Shown here one piece after another: positions 1-10,842 of a stretch of DNA of 64,000 nt. How positions within the stretch are numbered: the first letter of the stretch is position 1; each line of letters opens with the position of its first letter. The stretch is from Sedimenticolaceae bacterium (GTDB lineage: Bacteria > Pseudomonadota > Gammaproteobacteria > Chromatiales > Chromatiaceae): contig JBNKOL010000077.1 in NCBI GenBank assembly GCA_050294655.1, positions 22,428 to 86,427 of the forward strand. The letters run 5' to 3'. The position numbers were made by a program, and so were the translations under genes. The notes beneath the pieces are model-generated. The model saw nothing but the letters and a program-made list of their open reading frames with translations, was not told the origin of the DNA and did no database searches.

Positions 1-1
1 C

Positions 2-850
2 GGTATCATCAATGGCACCGGCAATTTCATCCTCACTGAGATGCGTGATAAAGGCCGTGACTTTGCCGACGTATTGAAAGAGGCTCAGGCCTTAGGCTAT
101 GCCGAAGCCGATCCTACTTTCGATGTGGAGGGCATCGACGCCGCCCATAAACTGACCATCCTGGCTTCAATTGCCTTTGGTATCCCGCTACAGTTCGACA
201 AGACTTACACGGAGGGCATCACCCGGATCGAGCCCCAGGATGTAGAGTATGCCGCTCAGTTCGGTTACCGCATCAAGCATCTCGGTATCACGCGGATGAC
301 CGATAGAGGCATCGAACTGCGAGTGCACCCCACCATGATTCCCCATCGCCGACTGATCGCCAATGTGGATGGGGTGATGAATGCTGTGTTGATCAAGGGG
401 GATGCAGTCGGTCCCACTCTCTATTATGGGGCGGGCGCTGGATCCGAGCCGACCGCTTCCGCCGTTTTGGCGGATGTGGTGGATGTGGTGCGGGCGCTTA
501 CCGCTGATCCGGAGAATCGGGTGCCCCATTTGGCTTTCCAACCAGGCGAGCTGGTGGATCTGCCTATCCTCCCCATCGACGAGGTCGAAACGGCTTTCTA
601 TCTGCGAATGCAGGTAGAGGATCGGCCTGGTGTGGCAGCGAAAATCGCCGGTATTCTGGCCGAATCAGGCATCAGCATCGAGGCGATTCAACAGAAGGAG
701 CCGGCAGAAAACGACACTACCGTACCCTTCGTGATGCTCACCCAGCGTGTACTGGAGAAGCAGTTGAATCAGGCTGTCGCAGCCATTGAGCAGCTCGATA
801 GCATTACCGGCAAGGTGATGCGTATCCGGGTCGAGCGCCTGGATGGTTGA
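2..850 (+). CDS. hom: Homoserine dehydrogenase, 5'-truncated by the window edge
   Basis: Frame is open from base 2 (GIINGTGNFILTEM...). Motifs GYAEADPTFDVEGIDAAHKL and YGAGAG, C-terminal ACT domain; upstream of thrC. Confidence 0.97.
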   Translation, partial: GIINGTGNFILTEMRDKGRDFADVLKEAQALGYAEADPTFDVEGIDAAHKLTILASIAFGIPLQFDKTYTEGITRIEPQDVEYAAQFGYRIKHLGITRMTDRGIELRVHPTMIPHRRLIANVDGVMNAVLIKGDAVGPTLYYGAGAGSEPTASAVLADVVDVVRALTADPENRVPHLAFQPGELVDLPILPIDEVETAFYLRMQVEDRPGVAAKIAGILAESGISIEAIQQKEPAENDTTVPFVMLTQRVLEKQLNQAVAAIEQLDSITGKVMRIRVERLDG

Positions 851-931
851 CAGCAAAAAATTTTATAACTATTTCAGAAGCCGCCAACCACTGACACAGA
901 TTTCATTGGTTGGTGTGTAGAGGTTAGCATT

Positions 932-2080
932 ATGACGTTCCGCCCCCGTTACACTGGATTGATCGACAAATACCGCGACCGGCTGCCGGTGCATGATGAC
1001 ACGCGCATCATCAGCCTCGGCGAGGGGAATACACCCTTGATCCGACTGCAGAATATCCCGCGGGATTTGGGCAAAGACGTGGATATCTATGTCAAATACG
1101 AGGGATTGAATCCCACTGGTTCTTTCAAAGACCGCGGCATGACAATGGCTGTGACCAAAGCGCTGGAGGAAGGCAGCAAGGCAATCATCTGCGCTTCGAC
1201 TGGGAATACTTCCGCTGCGGCCGCTGCCTATGCTGCTCGTGCCGGGATCACTGCATTCGTATTGATTCCCGACGGCAAGATCGCCATGGGTAAGTTGGCG
1301 CAGGCGATGATGTACGGCGCCATCACCATCCAGATCAAGGGTAACTTCGACGACGGAATGCAGCTGGTTAAAGATGTGGCTGAGCAAGCCCCGGTGACTA
1401 TCGTCAACTCCATCAATCCATACCGTCTGCAGGGCCAAAAAACCGCTGCCTTCGAGATCATCGAAGAATTGGGGCATGCCCCAGATTACCACTGCCTGCC
1501 AGTTGGTAATGCAGGCAACATTACCGCTCACTGGATCGGTTACAGTGAGTATTCCTGTTCGCATAGCGATCATGTCACAGAGGCCTGTGCCTACTGCGGT
1601 GGAAAATGCAAGTTTGCCGGTGGAGCGATTACCGGTAAACGACCAAAAATGATCGGTTACCAAGCGGCCGGCTCAGCACCGTTTATGCGGGGTGGCCCGA
1701 TTAAGGATCCCGAGACTGTAGCAACCGCTATTCGCATCGGTAACCCGCAATCCTGGAACCAGGCATGGAAGGTTCAGGAAGAGTCTGGCGGCTGGTTCGA
1801 TGAATGCACCGATGAGGTGCTCTTGAGTGCCCAGAAATTGCTCGCAGAGCGAGAGGGCATATTCTGCGAGCCTGCATCTGCTACTTCTCTTGCAGGTGCG
1901 ATGCGGGATATAGAATCCGGAAAGATTGCTGAGGGATCAAGCGTAGTCTGTACATTGACTGGTAACGGCTTGAAAGATCCCGATACGGCCATTAAACAGT
2001 CAAGCGCACCGGTTCATACAATTGATGCGGAACTCGATGCTGTGAAAAGGTCTATTTTTGAGAATATGAATATTGAATAA
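932..2080 (+). CDS. thrC: Threonine synthase (short PLP fold-II type) with a Cys/His-rich insertion
   Basis: [13 protein letters not shown]-lysine motif, [37 protein letters not shown]. Confidence 0.97.
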   Translation: MTFRPRYTGLIDKYRDRLPVHDDTRIISLGEGNTPLIRLQNIPRDLGKDVDIYVKYEGLNPTGSFKDRGMTMAVTKALEEGSKAIICASTGNTSAAAAAYAARAGITAFVLIPDGKIAMGKLAQAMMYGAITIQIKGNFDDGMQLVKDVAEQAPVTIVNSINPYRLQGQKTAAFEIIEELGHAPDYHCLPVGNAGNITAHWIGYSEYSCSHSDHVTEACAYCGGKCKFAGGAITGKRPKMIGYQAAGSAPFMRGGPIKDPETVATAIRIGNPQSWNQAWKVQEESGGWFDECTDEVLLSAQKLLAEREGIFCEPASATSLAGAMRDIESGKIAEGSSVVCTLTGNGLKDPDTAIKQSSAPVHTIDAELDAVKRSIFENMNIE

Positions 2081-2460
2081 ATAAGCGATAAGCATATTTA
2101 CAATCTGCTCATACAGTAGGGAGGATGTATATTGTTTTCACTTTTCAGTAATGAGCGAGATTCTTCAGTAGAACCATATTCCCAGCATCAGTTGGCATTC
2201 TGAGATGCTGCTGAATACCCGTTATGTGGATCAGAAGTGATCTGATAGCAGTGACAGTGCTTTCGAGTGTTATTTATGCCACTGGCTAGCAATTCATTTG
2301 TAGGCCAGCAATCACATTGGTAAGCCGAAATATGGAATTCATGCCACGGAATAGTTTTGAGTAAAGATGGGGCACTGTTAGTTCTCGATGAGAATGCAGT
2401 GAAATATCTACCGAGCAAATAGTTTAGCAAGCGCTACGTTTATATAAGTAAAAAATTAAT

Positions 2461-3903
2461 ATGATTCGTTTAGCTCTGCTCTCGATATTCGTAAGCTTTC
2501 TTTCAATATATGCTTGGAAAGATTGGTTTAAATCACTTTGTGGTTTGATTGTATTGATGGCGGTGATTGAGCATCCCGACATGCCTAAGACATTACTTGG
2601 TATTCAAGGGATGAATCCATGGAATATTCTCTTTGCAAACGTCTTTTTATCATGGTTTTTCAGTAGAAAAAGAGAAGGTAATACTTGGGATTTACCAAAA
2701 AATATTCAATTGCTTTTGACGCTATATATAACTGTGATGATTGTTGGCACTGTCCGACTGTTTTTAAATGTCGATGAATTTGTGTATTCGCATCTAGATT
2801 TTGGACGAACACCTCCTTCGATAGCGAATATGGTCAGTGAGAATCTTGTAAACACGTTCAAGTGGTTGATTCCTGGCTTATTACTGTTTGATGGAAGCAG
2901 GACAAAATCACGAATTAATCTAGCGCTTGGATCAATTTTATTAGTTTATTTTATACTTGCAGTGCAAGTGGTTAAGTGGATGCCTTTAGAGGTTCTTACT
3001 TCTGGCGGAGATTTGACGGAAAGAAGTGGAAAAATTCTCTCTAATGAAGTTGGCTACCACAGAGTTAACTTGTCGATGATGCTTGCAGGCGCTAGTTGGG
3101 CCTTTTTTACACTATATAGTGTGGAAAAAATCAAGCGGAATAAATTTATATTCCTATTCGCGTCTTTATTCGTTTTCTTTGCACAGGCACTAACTGGAGG
3201 TAGGACTGGCTATGCGACCTGGGCCGTGATTGGAGCCATACTCAGTTCATTGAAATGGAGGAGATACCTGGTTCTGGCGCCAATATTTGCCGTGGTAATA
3301 CTGCTCACGATTCCTGCTGTAAAAGAGCGATTACTGATGGGATTTTCACCCGATAGCGCTGATGAGAACAGGCTTACCGAAGAAGTTCAAACCTCAGCAG
3401 ATAAGGGATACGACTTATATACAATTACATCAGGTAGGAATTTTGCTTGGCCATTTGTAATTGAGAAAATCGCAGAGCGACCTATGGTGGGATTTGGCAG
3501 AGAAGCGATGATGACGCAAGGCATAAGTTCATTCTTATGGACTGAATACAGAGAGTCGTTTCCGCATCCGCATAATATGTACCTTCAATGGGTTTTGGAT
3601 AATGGAATACTTGGTCTTATTCCTATCCTGATACTATTTGGCACGGTGCTCAAATATAGCGTGAAGATGTTCTTATCCAAAGAATCCGATATCAATGTTG
3701 CTGTTGGAGGTATTACGATTTCGCTAGTATCTGCGTTAATGATAGCGGGTATGGGGAGTCAAACAATATATCCAAGGGAAGGATCGGTTGGTATGTGGTG
3801 TGCAATTGGATTGCTATTACGCCTATACGTCGATAGCAAAAATAAAAACAAGATAGAAATAGTTGAGCCTGTGATCAAAGAGAGACCGAAACATTATGGC
3901 TGA
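2461..3903 (+). CDS. O-antigen ligase/Wzy polymerase family membrane protein
   Basis: Many hydrophobic segments; LTGGRTG, TSGR and HPHNMYLQ..LDNGILG motifs typical of Wzy_C. Confidence 0.85.
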   Translation: MIRLALLSIFVSFLSIYAWKDWFKSLCGLIVLMAVIEHPDMPKTLLGIQGMNPWNILFANVFLSWFFSRKREGNTWDLPKNIQLLLTLYITVMIVGTVRLFLNVDEFVYSHLDFGRTPPSIANMVSENLVNTFKWLIPGLLLFDGSRTKSRINLALGSILLVYFILAVQVVKWMPLEVLTSGGDLTERSGKILSNEVGYHRVNLSMMLAGASWAFFTLYSVEKIKRNKFIFLFASLFVFFAQALTGGRTGYATWAVIGAILSSLKWRRYLVLAPIFAVVILLTIPAVKERLLMGFSPDSADENRLTEEVQTSADKGYDLYTITSGRNFAWPFVIEKIAERPMVGFGREAMMTQGISSFLWTEYRESFPHPHNMYLQWVLDNGILGLIPILILFGTVLKYSVKMFLSKESDINVAVGGITISLVSALMIAGMGSQTIYPREGSVGMWCAIGLLLRLYVDSKNKNKIEIVEPVIKERPKHYG

Positions 3904-5437
3904 CGTCACCTCAACAAAAAGGATGATTTCCGGCTCAGTACTACGAGTTTTGACACTGCTGTTAAATATCGTAATTGTCTTCTTAATGATGCCATTCATT
4001 ATTCATAGTATAGGTGATAAATGGTATGGGCTTTGGGCAATAATAATAAATCTTGTTGGTTATTACAGCGTTTTGGATTTCGGACTTTCTTCGGCAACCC
4101 AACGATTTGTTTCAAGAGCAATTGCTACAGATGATCAAAAGGAGATAAACAGCTATATAAATACATCATTCATACTGTTTGGCGTTATTTCTATTGTATG
4201 CATATTGGCGACAGTGGTTGCATACATATCCGGAAGATATTTTTTTACTGAAGAGCTGGAACTAAATACATACGAGTGGACAGTGCTGATATTAGGTGCT
4301 TCAACCGCATTATCATTTCCATTCTTTGTGTTTGTGGGTCTGATAAAAGCACATATAAGATATGACTTGCTTAGCTATATTGAAATATTAAAAACAATAC
4401 TGAGGGCGCTTGGTATATATATAGTTTTAAGTGCGGGAAGTTCAATCGTCGCTATGGCGGCAGTAACTATGGCGTCTGAAATGATGTCATGGATTGCATA
4501 TTTACTGGTAGCAAAAAGAATATCGAGTGACCTGCGAATAAGTCGGAAATATATCGACTTTGAGAAAATGCGTACTTTATTTCATTATGGTAAGTACATT
4601 TTTATATCAGGCATTGGTGATAAGTTACGTTTTTCTGCTGATAATTTTGTAATTGCTGCATTTAGAACATTGAGCGATGTAACTCATTATGCCATCGCAG
4701 CAAGGCTAATATCATATTATAACGAGTTAATGATGAATGTTCTAAGTACAGCGATGCCTGTATTTACAATGAAGCATGCAAAGGGAGATTTGGAACGATT
4801 AAAGGAAAATTATTTAAAAGTCACTGAGGTTTCAATCTTTTTAAGTATGATGCTCGGTGGATGCATGATTGTGTTTGGCTACGATTTTATTGTTTTATGG
4901 ATGGGTGATGATTATGGAGATGCATATCTCATACTCCTTATCATAGGCCTAGCAATAACAATATCCTCCTCACAAATCCCAACGGTAACATTGCTCAATG
5001 CAATGGCTAAGCATAAGTATTACTCCTTAATGAATTTAGTCGAAGCGGGATTCAATATAACGCTGAGTATAATTTTGGTAATTCCCTATGGTATCGTAGG
5101 TGTAGCGGCTGGGACTGCAATACCCCTGGCTATAAGTAAGTTGATTATTCAACCTATGTATATGTGCAAGCAGGTTGATATGAGAAAGTCATCATACTAT
5201 CGAATGTTAACAGCTAAATATTTCATGGGAATAATGCTTCATGCAATAATGTCTCCAGTTGTAATTGGTTATTTAAATATTGAAAGTATGTCACAATTAG
5301 TATTATGTGGAATCGTGTATTTTGTAGTTTATCTGCTCATAGGGGTGAGGTTTATGTTAGAGCCAGGCACAAGAAGACAGATCATAGACAATGTGCCTCC
5401 CCGAATGCTGGGCGTTGTCAGATTATTGATCAGCTAG
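3896..5437 (+). CDS. Wzx-type oligosaccharide flippase
   Basis: 513-aa polytopic protein with YGLWAII...LDFGLSSATQRFVS and YGIVGVAAGT; overlaps the wzy-like gene. Confidence 0.88.
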   Translation: MADVTSTKRMISGSVLRVLTLLLNIVIVFLMMPFIIHSIGDKWYGLWAIIINLVGYYSVLDFGLSSATQRFVSRAIATDDQKEINSYINTSFILFGVISIVCILATVVAYISGRYFFTEELELNTYEWTVLILGASTALSFPFFVFVGLIKAHIRYDLLSYIEILKTILRALGIYIVLSAGSSIVAMAAVTMASEMMSWIAYLLVAKRISSDLRISRKYIDFEKMRTLFHYGKYIFISGIGDKLRFSADNFVIAAFRTLSDVTHYAIAARLISYYNELMMNVLSTAMPVFTMKHAKGDLERLKENYLKVTEVSIFLSMMLGGCMIVFGYDFIVLWMGDDYGDAYLILLIIGLAITISSSQIPTVTLLNAMAKHKYYSLMNLVEAGFNITLSIILVIPYGIVGVAAGTAIPLAISKLIIQPMYMCKQVDMRKSSYYRMLTAKYFMGIMLHAIMSPVVIGYLNIESMSQLVLCGIVYFVVYLLIGVRFMLEPGTRRQIIDNVPPRMLGVVRLLIS

Positions 5438-5474
5438 CTGAAACTACAAAATATATTAAAAAGTACTAAGGTAT

Positions 5475-6437
5475 GTGACTGTGCAGACAAATCAAAATAA
5501 TATAGACGTAACTGTTGTTATTCCTGCATATAACTCCGAAAAAGTTATCGCAAGGGCGTTAGATAGTGTTTTTGCGCAAACTGTACAACCCCAGAAAATA
5601 ATTGTTATAGACGATGGATCAACAGATAACACTGGCGATGTTGTAAGAAAATACTCCAACATTCTATATGTAGTCCAGAAAAACGCTGGACCTGCAGCGG
5701 CAAGAAATCATGGCATTAAGCTGGCGAATACAGAATGGATCGCGTTTCTCGATAGTGATGACTACTGGTATCCTGAGAGGTTGCAGTGTCAATGGGAAAT
5801 AATTAGTAAAAACCCTAAATTGATGTGGTGCTCGGGTTTATTGGCAGTTAATAAGGCAGGCAAAGAGATGGAACTGCCGATAGTGCAAAGTGTGGTTAAG
5901 AAAGTAAAACAATCTGGTTTTATCAATGTTTATGATTTAACTATGTCTGGCTATCACCTACATTTGAACAATCTTCTAATTAATAGATCCGTATTCGATA
6001 AAGTTGGTGTGTTTGACGAATCAGTTACCCTTGGTGAGGATCGAGATCTTTGGTGGAGAATATCGCTGCAGTATCCCGACATAGGATTTTGTCTCAAAAA
6101 GTGCAGTGAGTATTGCATTGACACTCCCAATAGCGCACTTAAACAGACAGTGGATAGAACGCCCAGTTTATCCGTTATCGTAAAAAATTATTTAAGATAT
6201 ACAGGATCATCGGAAACAATAGATCCTCGTTTTGTTTCATATTTAAGAAAGCTTGGAATCAGTTACATATTAAGAGAAGCGTCTGGTAAAATTAACATTG
6301 AGAAGCATTTAATAAAGGAATCTAAAGGGGTTATAAAACTTGGTCCATACTATAGTTCTATACTTTTGCTTGCAAAAATATTACCTAGAAGAGTTTCATA
6401 TAAAATTATATCAAGGTTAGAACCTCGAGTTGGATAG
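5475..6437 (+). CDS. Glycosyltransferase family 2
   Basis: VTVVIPAYN, VIDDGSTD, NAGPAAARN, FLDSDD and GED motifs. Confidence 0.93.
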   Translation: MTVQTNQNNIDVTVVIPAYNSEKVIARALDSVFAQTVQPQKIIVIDDGSTDNTGDVVRKYSNILYVVQKNAGPAAARNHGIKLANTEWIAFLDSDDYWYPERLQCQWEIISKNPKLMWCSGLLAVNKAGKEMELPIVQSVVKKVKQSGFINVYDLTMSGYHLHLNNLLINRSVFDKVGVFDESVTLGEDRDLWWRISLQYPDIGFCLKKCSEYCIDTPNSALKQTVDRTPSLSVIVKNYLRYTGSSETIDPRFVSYLRKLGISYILREASGKINIEKHLIKESKGVIKLGPYYSSILLLAKILPRRVSYKIISRLEPRVG

Positions 6438-6465
6438 CCTTAAATAATTTGATGCGAAAAATAAT

Positions 6466-7344
6466 ATGAAACTACACTACTATAAAGACAAAGTAGGAAA
6501 TTTCGGTGATGATTTAAACAGGTGGCTATGGTCAAAAGTTATTCCAATAGAATTTGACAATAATGATGAGCAAATTGTCATAGGAATAGGCACCCTATTA
6601 AACAGTAAGTTAAACACCAGACTGCCAACGGATTCTATTAAGATTATTATGGGTTCGGGGGCGGGATATGGAGAAAATCTAACTCTGGATGATAATTGGA
6701 AAATATATTTTGTACGAGGGCCGCTTACCGCGGAATTGTTAGGTATTGATGAAAGCATGGCCATAACAGATCCTGCTGTGCTAGTAAAAAATATTGATTT
6801 CTATTCTTATGGTAGGCAGTACGAAGTCGCGATAATGCCGCATCATGTTTCATGTAAAGGCATAGACTGGGTGGAAGTCTGTGCTAACCTCAATATAAAG
6901 TACATCAATCCATCTTATTCAGTAGAAAAAGTACTCGATATAATCAGCAGAACAAATCTGCTGATCACGGAAGCTATGCATGGTGCTATTGTTGCAGATG
7001 CATTACGAGTGCCATGGGTACCAATTAAAATGTTCGATCATATCTTTGATTTTAAATGGCATGACTGGACAAAAACGATAGGCGTTCAATACACTCCGCA
7101 ATATATATTTGATGAGCTGTTTACAGTAAAAGAGAAAAGTAGATGGGATGTTCTTTCAAGATTGAATGCTCTCAAAAAGAGAAAACAGGGTGAAGAAATT
7201 GAGGGAATTTCAAAGTCATTACAAAAAGTAATAGATACTGAAAACTACATACTGAGTAATGAATCAAAACTAAATGAGGTGCACGAGCGCTGTATGGAAA
7301 GTGTAAATGAATTTATCAAAGACACAAAAAGAGTCATTACATAA
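6466..7344 (+). CDS. Polysaccharide pyruvyl transferase (ExoV-like)
   Basis: GNFGDDLN, GIGTLL, VRGPLTA, DPA and EAMHGAIVADALRVPW, as in the ExoV/PssM pyruvyltransferases. Confidence 0.9.
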   Translation: MKLHYYKDKVGNFGDDLNRWLWSKVIPIEFDNNDEQIVIGIGTLLNSKLNTRLPTDSIKIIMGSGAGYGENLTLDDNWKIYFVRGPLTAELLGIDESMAITDPAVLVKNIDFYSYGRQYEVAIMPHHVSCKGIDWVEVCANLNIKYINPSYSVEKVLDIISRTNLLITEAMHGAIVADALRVPWVPIKMFDHIFDFKWHDWTKTIGVQYTPQYIFDELFTVKEKSRWDVLSRLNALKKRKQGEEIEGISKSLQKVIDTENYILSNESKLNEVHERCMESVNEFIKDTKRVIT

Positions 7345-7442
7345 AGAAGAAAGATAAACTATTGATTACAGCATTCTTCAGGAAACCCTGTGTTCCCTGG
7401 TAGGCGGAGGCGGGTGGATACTTCCTGATGAAAGTGAATTAG

Positions 7443-7510
7443 ATAGATTGTACCCGCTCTGACAGTGGTGCTTCGGTAAGCACCATCTGCCAGATTGGGT
7501 ATTCAAGTCT
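7443..7510. terminator. Extended hairpin between convergent genes, probable bidirectional terminator
   Basis: TGGTGCTT-cggt-AAGCACCA core, extended by CTGACAG/CTGCCAG and TACCC/GGGTA. Confidence 0.45.
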
Positions 7511-7522
7511 GTTGATTAGACT

Positions 7523-9154
7523 TTATGGGGAACTCAAGACAGGTGGGCTCGGCGGAGCGTTATATGTCCCTGATATTTCATGTGCTCCAATATCCCAATA
7601 CCCGTCCATTGGACGCGGATTACCATTAATATCATACTTGATACTGATTCCCGTCAGATTTTTGTAAGTATCGTATATTGGTAGATCAGCACCTTTCGAC
7701 TCGGCTGCTGAGGTGCTTAAAATTATGAAGTCGGAATTACTTGCTTGTCTAAAGTATGGGTTGCCAACAACACAATTTTGACAACTGGAATGGCTAGCCT
7801 GAAAGTCGCTGAGATTAAGAGACGTAGTAGAGTTCCAGTTGATTCGAACGTCTCCGGAAGAATGATAAAACAAGTTATTATCAAACGTCGTGCCGCTCGT
7901 TAGCGTTGAGTTGTAGAGCTTGATGTCATTACCGGAGGGATTGGTACGCTCTGCAAAAATATTATTGAAGACTGTGTATGGGGGTGTACCTGTGGATATC
8001 TGAATACCATCCCCATACTTATACAGCGTATTATTAATGACACCGCCTTTTACGCCTGACCTGAAGTGTATCGCAACATCAGTGTTACTGATTTCATTAC
8101 CAATGAAGTATGTATCAATGCTTCCAGTACTGATTAGACCATAGACTGCATCACTGACCTTGTTGTTAATCACCCAGACGGTATTTGGATTGTTATGTGC
8201 TACGAGTGCACCACCTTCGGATGAAGATGTCGACTCATATCCATACATTGTATTTTCGGAAACAAAAATATAATTTGCTTCCTTTATATCAATTGCGTTT
8301 TCTCTATCATCATGAAAGGTGTTTTTACCGATATATATATAGTTGAGCCTATTCTGATCTGCAGTCGATGCCGTGCCAACCTGTATGGAATCACCGCCAT
8401 TGTGGTGCACATGGTTTTCGAGCACCCAGACTTGGTCAGTGAAAGAACCAACAGCTATTCCGTGGTAGTCATTTTCTCCTGCGGAAGGCTCACTGACTCC
8501 AAAGTGATGGATATCATTATTGTAAATCACGATGTTATTGAATCGATTCGATAACGACTCTCCATACACACCTATAACAGCGGAAAAGCCTGCAAGTGTT
8601 CCAGGACCTGCGAACTCGCAGTTTCTAACAACAACATGATCAAGCGAACTCGAATTGTGAGGTCTCAAGCCGATTGTTTTGTTGCTGGTATCATACTTAA
8701 GGTTCTCGATAAAAATGTAACTTCCCTTGGGTACCGTCTCGCCCCTTATGATTGGCTTATTTGACGCATCGCCCCCTCTGAACCAGACCGGAGCGCTTGC
8801 AGTGCCGTTAGCTGTAAATATCAATTGGCCTCCAGCTGTATAGGGACCCCCGTGGATTTCAACATAAGAGCCGGCGGCATAGGTTGTTTCTGGTATAGTC
8901 TGGCGTGGTTTGTCCGGGTAACCATATTGGTTACCTGAGTCAGTAGCGTTGGGATCTGTATTGTCGATGTAATAGTAGTCAGTCACGGCTTGACTAGGCC
9001 AGTTTGAGGGCCATGAAGGTGCAACGCTATCAATCGGATGCGTAGCGCCCCATGTTGGATCTGGTATTCCGACAGGTGGTTGATAAGCGAAGATCGGAAA
9101 ACTGATTATGGATAAAGTTACCCATAAAATAATTTTATAGTAAGAAGGTAACAT
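7523..9154 (-). CDS. Secreted right-handed beta-helix (pectin-lyase-like) protein
   Basis: Signal peptide; repeated N.IHH / NHVHHNGGDSIQ / NTFHDDRENAIDIKE / NNT / NNIF coils; C-terminal DINGNPRP...WDIGAHE motif. Confidence 0.8.
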   Translation of the reverse strand: MLPSYYKIILWVTLSIISFPIFAYQPPVGIPDPTWGATHPIDSVAPSWPSNWPSQAVTDYYYIDNTDPNATDSGNQYGYPDKPRQTIPETTYAAGSYVEIHGGPYTAGGQLIFTANGTASAPVWFRGGDASNKPIIRGETVPKGSYIFIENLKYDTSNKTIGLRPHNSSSLDHVVVRNCEFAGPGTLAGFSAVIGVYGESLSNRFNNIVIYNNDIHHFGVSEPSAGENDYHGIAVGSFTDQVWVLENHVHHNGGDSIQVGTASTADQNRLNYIYIGKNTFHDDRENAIDIKEANYIFVSENTMYGYESTSSSEGGALVAHNNPNTVWVINNKVSDAVYGLISTGSIDTYFIGNEISNTDVAIHFRSGVKGGVINNTLYKYGDGIQISTGTPPYTVFNNIFAERTNPSGNDIKLYNSTLTSGTTFDNNLFYHSSGDVRINWNSTTSLNLSDFQASHSSCQNCVVGNPYFRQASNSDFIILSTSAAESKGADLPIYDTYKNLTGISIKYDINGNPRPMDGYWDIGAHEISGTYNAPPSPPVLSSP

Positions 9155-9610
9155 TTTAAAGCCCTCTGAGAAAAACCCTTAAACCAACGGCTAACAGTAA
9201 TTATAGTAACTAAGCATTGATGTGTATGTAGATAATTTGGTCACATGTTGCGGCATAGTCAGTCTGCAAATGTAGATTTTGATGACAGGTAGACAGGTAT
9301 TTGTGAATTAAATGCCTTTTGGATGAAGTACTGGTCATTTTCAATAGTAGATTCAAATTCAGAGGATATCTGGATATGTCATAGCAAAGACACCATAAAA
9401 TCAACTGATGGCCTGCCGGCATCAGGGGCTGATCCTGCGCTAAAAAAAAGGTAAGCGAGTCCGATGACGATATGAGGATTTAGATTCTGGCTGGAGATGT
9501 AAATTCAGCATCGGTAGAGCTTGGGTGAGATGATTCGGTAAATAATACGATAGTCGCAGAACAATTCGATCCAACAAGTCGAAACTAGTAGAGATTCAAA
9601 GAAATCATAT

Positions 9611-10831
9611 ATGAACGCTGAGTTAAGAAAATATCCCTACCCATACAAAGCCATGCTTGCGATATGTAGTGACTTGGATGAGACTCCTGATAAGCGAGTC
9701 TATTTTGAAATGTGCAAATATCTGAACTCGACTGAAGAAACCGACTATGGACCTGGTTTGGGAATGGAGGTGGGAAACAGTATCTATTTTGATATGCCGC
9801 AAGGCCAATTTTCATACTGGAATACAGATGATTCCGGAAGGAATATGATCCATAAGTTGATTGAGTCTGGACATATAGATTGTCTTCACTCTTTTGGAGA
9901 TCTGACAAAAACACGAGAGAGGGTGATCGAAAACTGGAGCGTCTTACGAGAACAAGGATTTGATTTGAAGGTTTGGATTGATCACGCCCAAGCTCCAACG
10001 AATCTCGATCCGGACATCATGCAGGGAAAAGGTGCGCTTATTGACTCCAATACCTACCATACAGACGTCACTATTTCGGAGGAAGGAATAAAGTATGTTT
10101 GGAAGGGGCGCGTTACTAGCATTATAGCGCAAAATGTTAAACGGACATATCGAGGGTTGTTTACTATTGCGCACCCACTAAGGTCTTCTAAAACGATTTT
10201 GATCGAGTTTGCAAAAGGTGTGCTCGGTTTTATTGGTAATAAAAAATACGCTATGCATGCGGCTAACAGTATTATGCGTGATACAACGTTAGAAGATGGT
10301 AAAAAAGTCATTGAATTTATGCGAACCAATCCAAGCTGGGCGGGGGTATCTGTTTTCGAAAAAGGAAAGGATATTGGTGAGGTTCTCACTGAGAAATTTC
10401 TCAATGTTCTAATTGAGGAAGAAGGGTGCAGTATCCTTTATACTCATTTGGGAAAGATCGATAATAGTACGGATCCATTCGGATATTCTGGAAGGCAGGC
10501 ATTTCAAATGCTTAAGGAGAATTATGAAAGTGGTGAGATTCTCGTGCTAACAACTCGTAGACTGCTTGATTACAACTTTGCACAACGTTCTATCGTATTT
10601 ACAACAGAAAATAGTGGTGATGACTATATCATTCATATTGCATCTGATGGTGTCGGTGCGGATGAGCTTGGAGGGTTGACGTGGTATGTGGAGAATCCTG
10701 ATAAGGCAAAAATATATCTAAGGGGCAGACAAATTGATAATCTTCAGATAAACAAAGAGGATAGTAGTGGTCGGAAAAGTATAACGATTCCATTTCAAAG
10801 ATTAAAACTACCTCAATATATAAATATGTGA
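9611..10831 (+). CDS. Hypothetical protein, divergent polysaccharide-deacetylase-like fold
   Basis: Long ORF with AICSDLD, LHSFG and WIDH motifs, located among glycosyltransferase genes. Confidence 0.55.
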   Translation: MNAELRKYPYPYKAMLAICSDLDETPDKRVYFEMCKYLNSTEETDYGPGLGMEVGNSIYFDMPQGQFSYWNTDDSGRNMIHKLIESGHIDCLHSFGDLTKTRERVIENWSVLREQGFDLKVWIDHAQAPTNLDPDIMQGKGALIDSNTYHTDVTISEEGIKYVWKGRVTSIIAQNVKRTYRGLFTIAHPLRSSKTILIEFAKGVLGFIGNKKYAMHAANSIMRDTTLEDGKKVIEFMRTNPSWAGVSVFEKGKDIGEVLTEKFLNVLIEEEGCSILYTHLGKIDNSTDPFGYSGRQAFQMLKENYESGEILVLTTRRLLDYNFAQRSIVFTTENSGDDYIIHIASDGVGADELGGLTWYVENPDKAKIYLRGRQIDNLQINKEDSSGRKSITIPFQRLKLPQYINM

Positions 10832-10842
10832 ATTAAAAATAG

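Noticed and set aside
2081-2460. Possible gene remnants in 2081-2460 and 9200-9600
   Set aside because: Short stop-interrupted frames with no motif I can assign.
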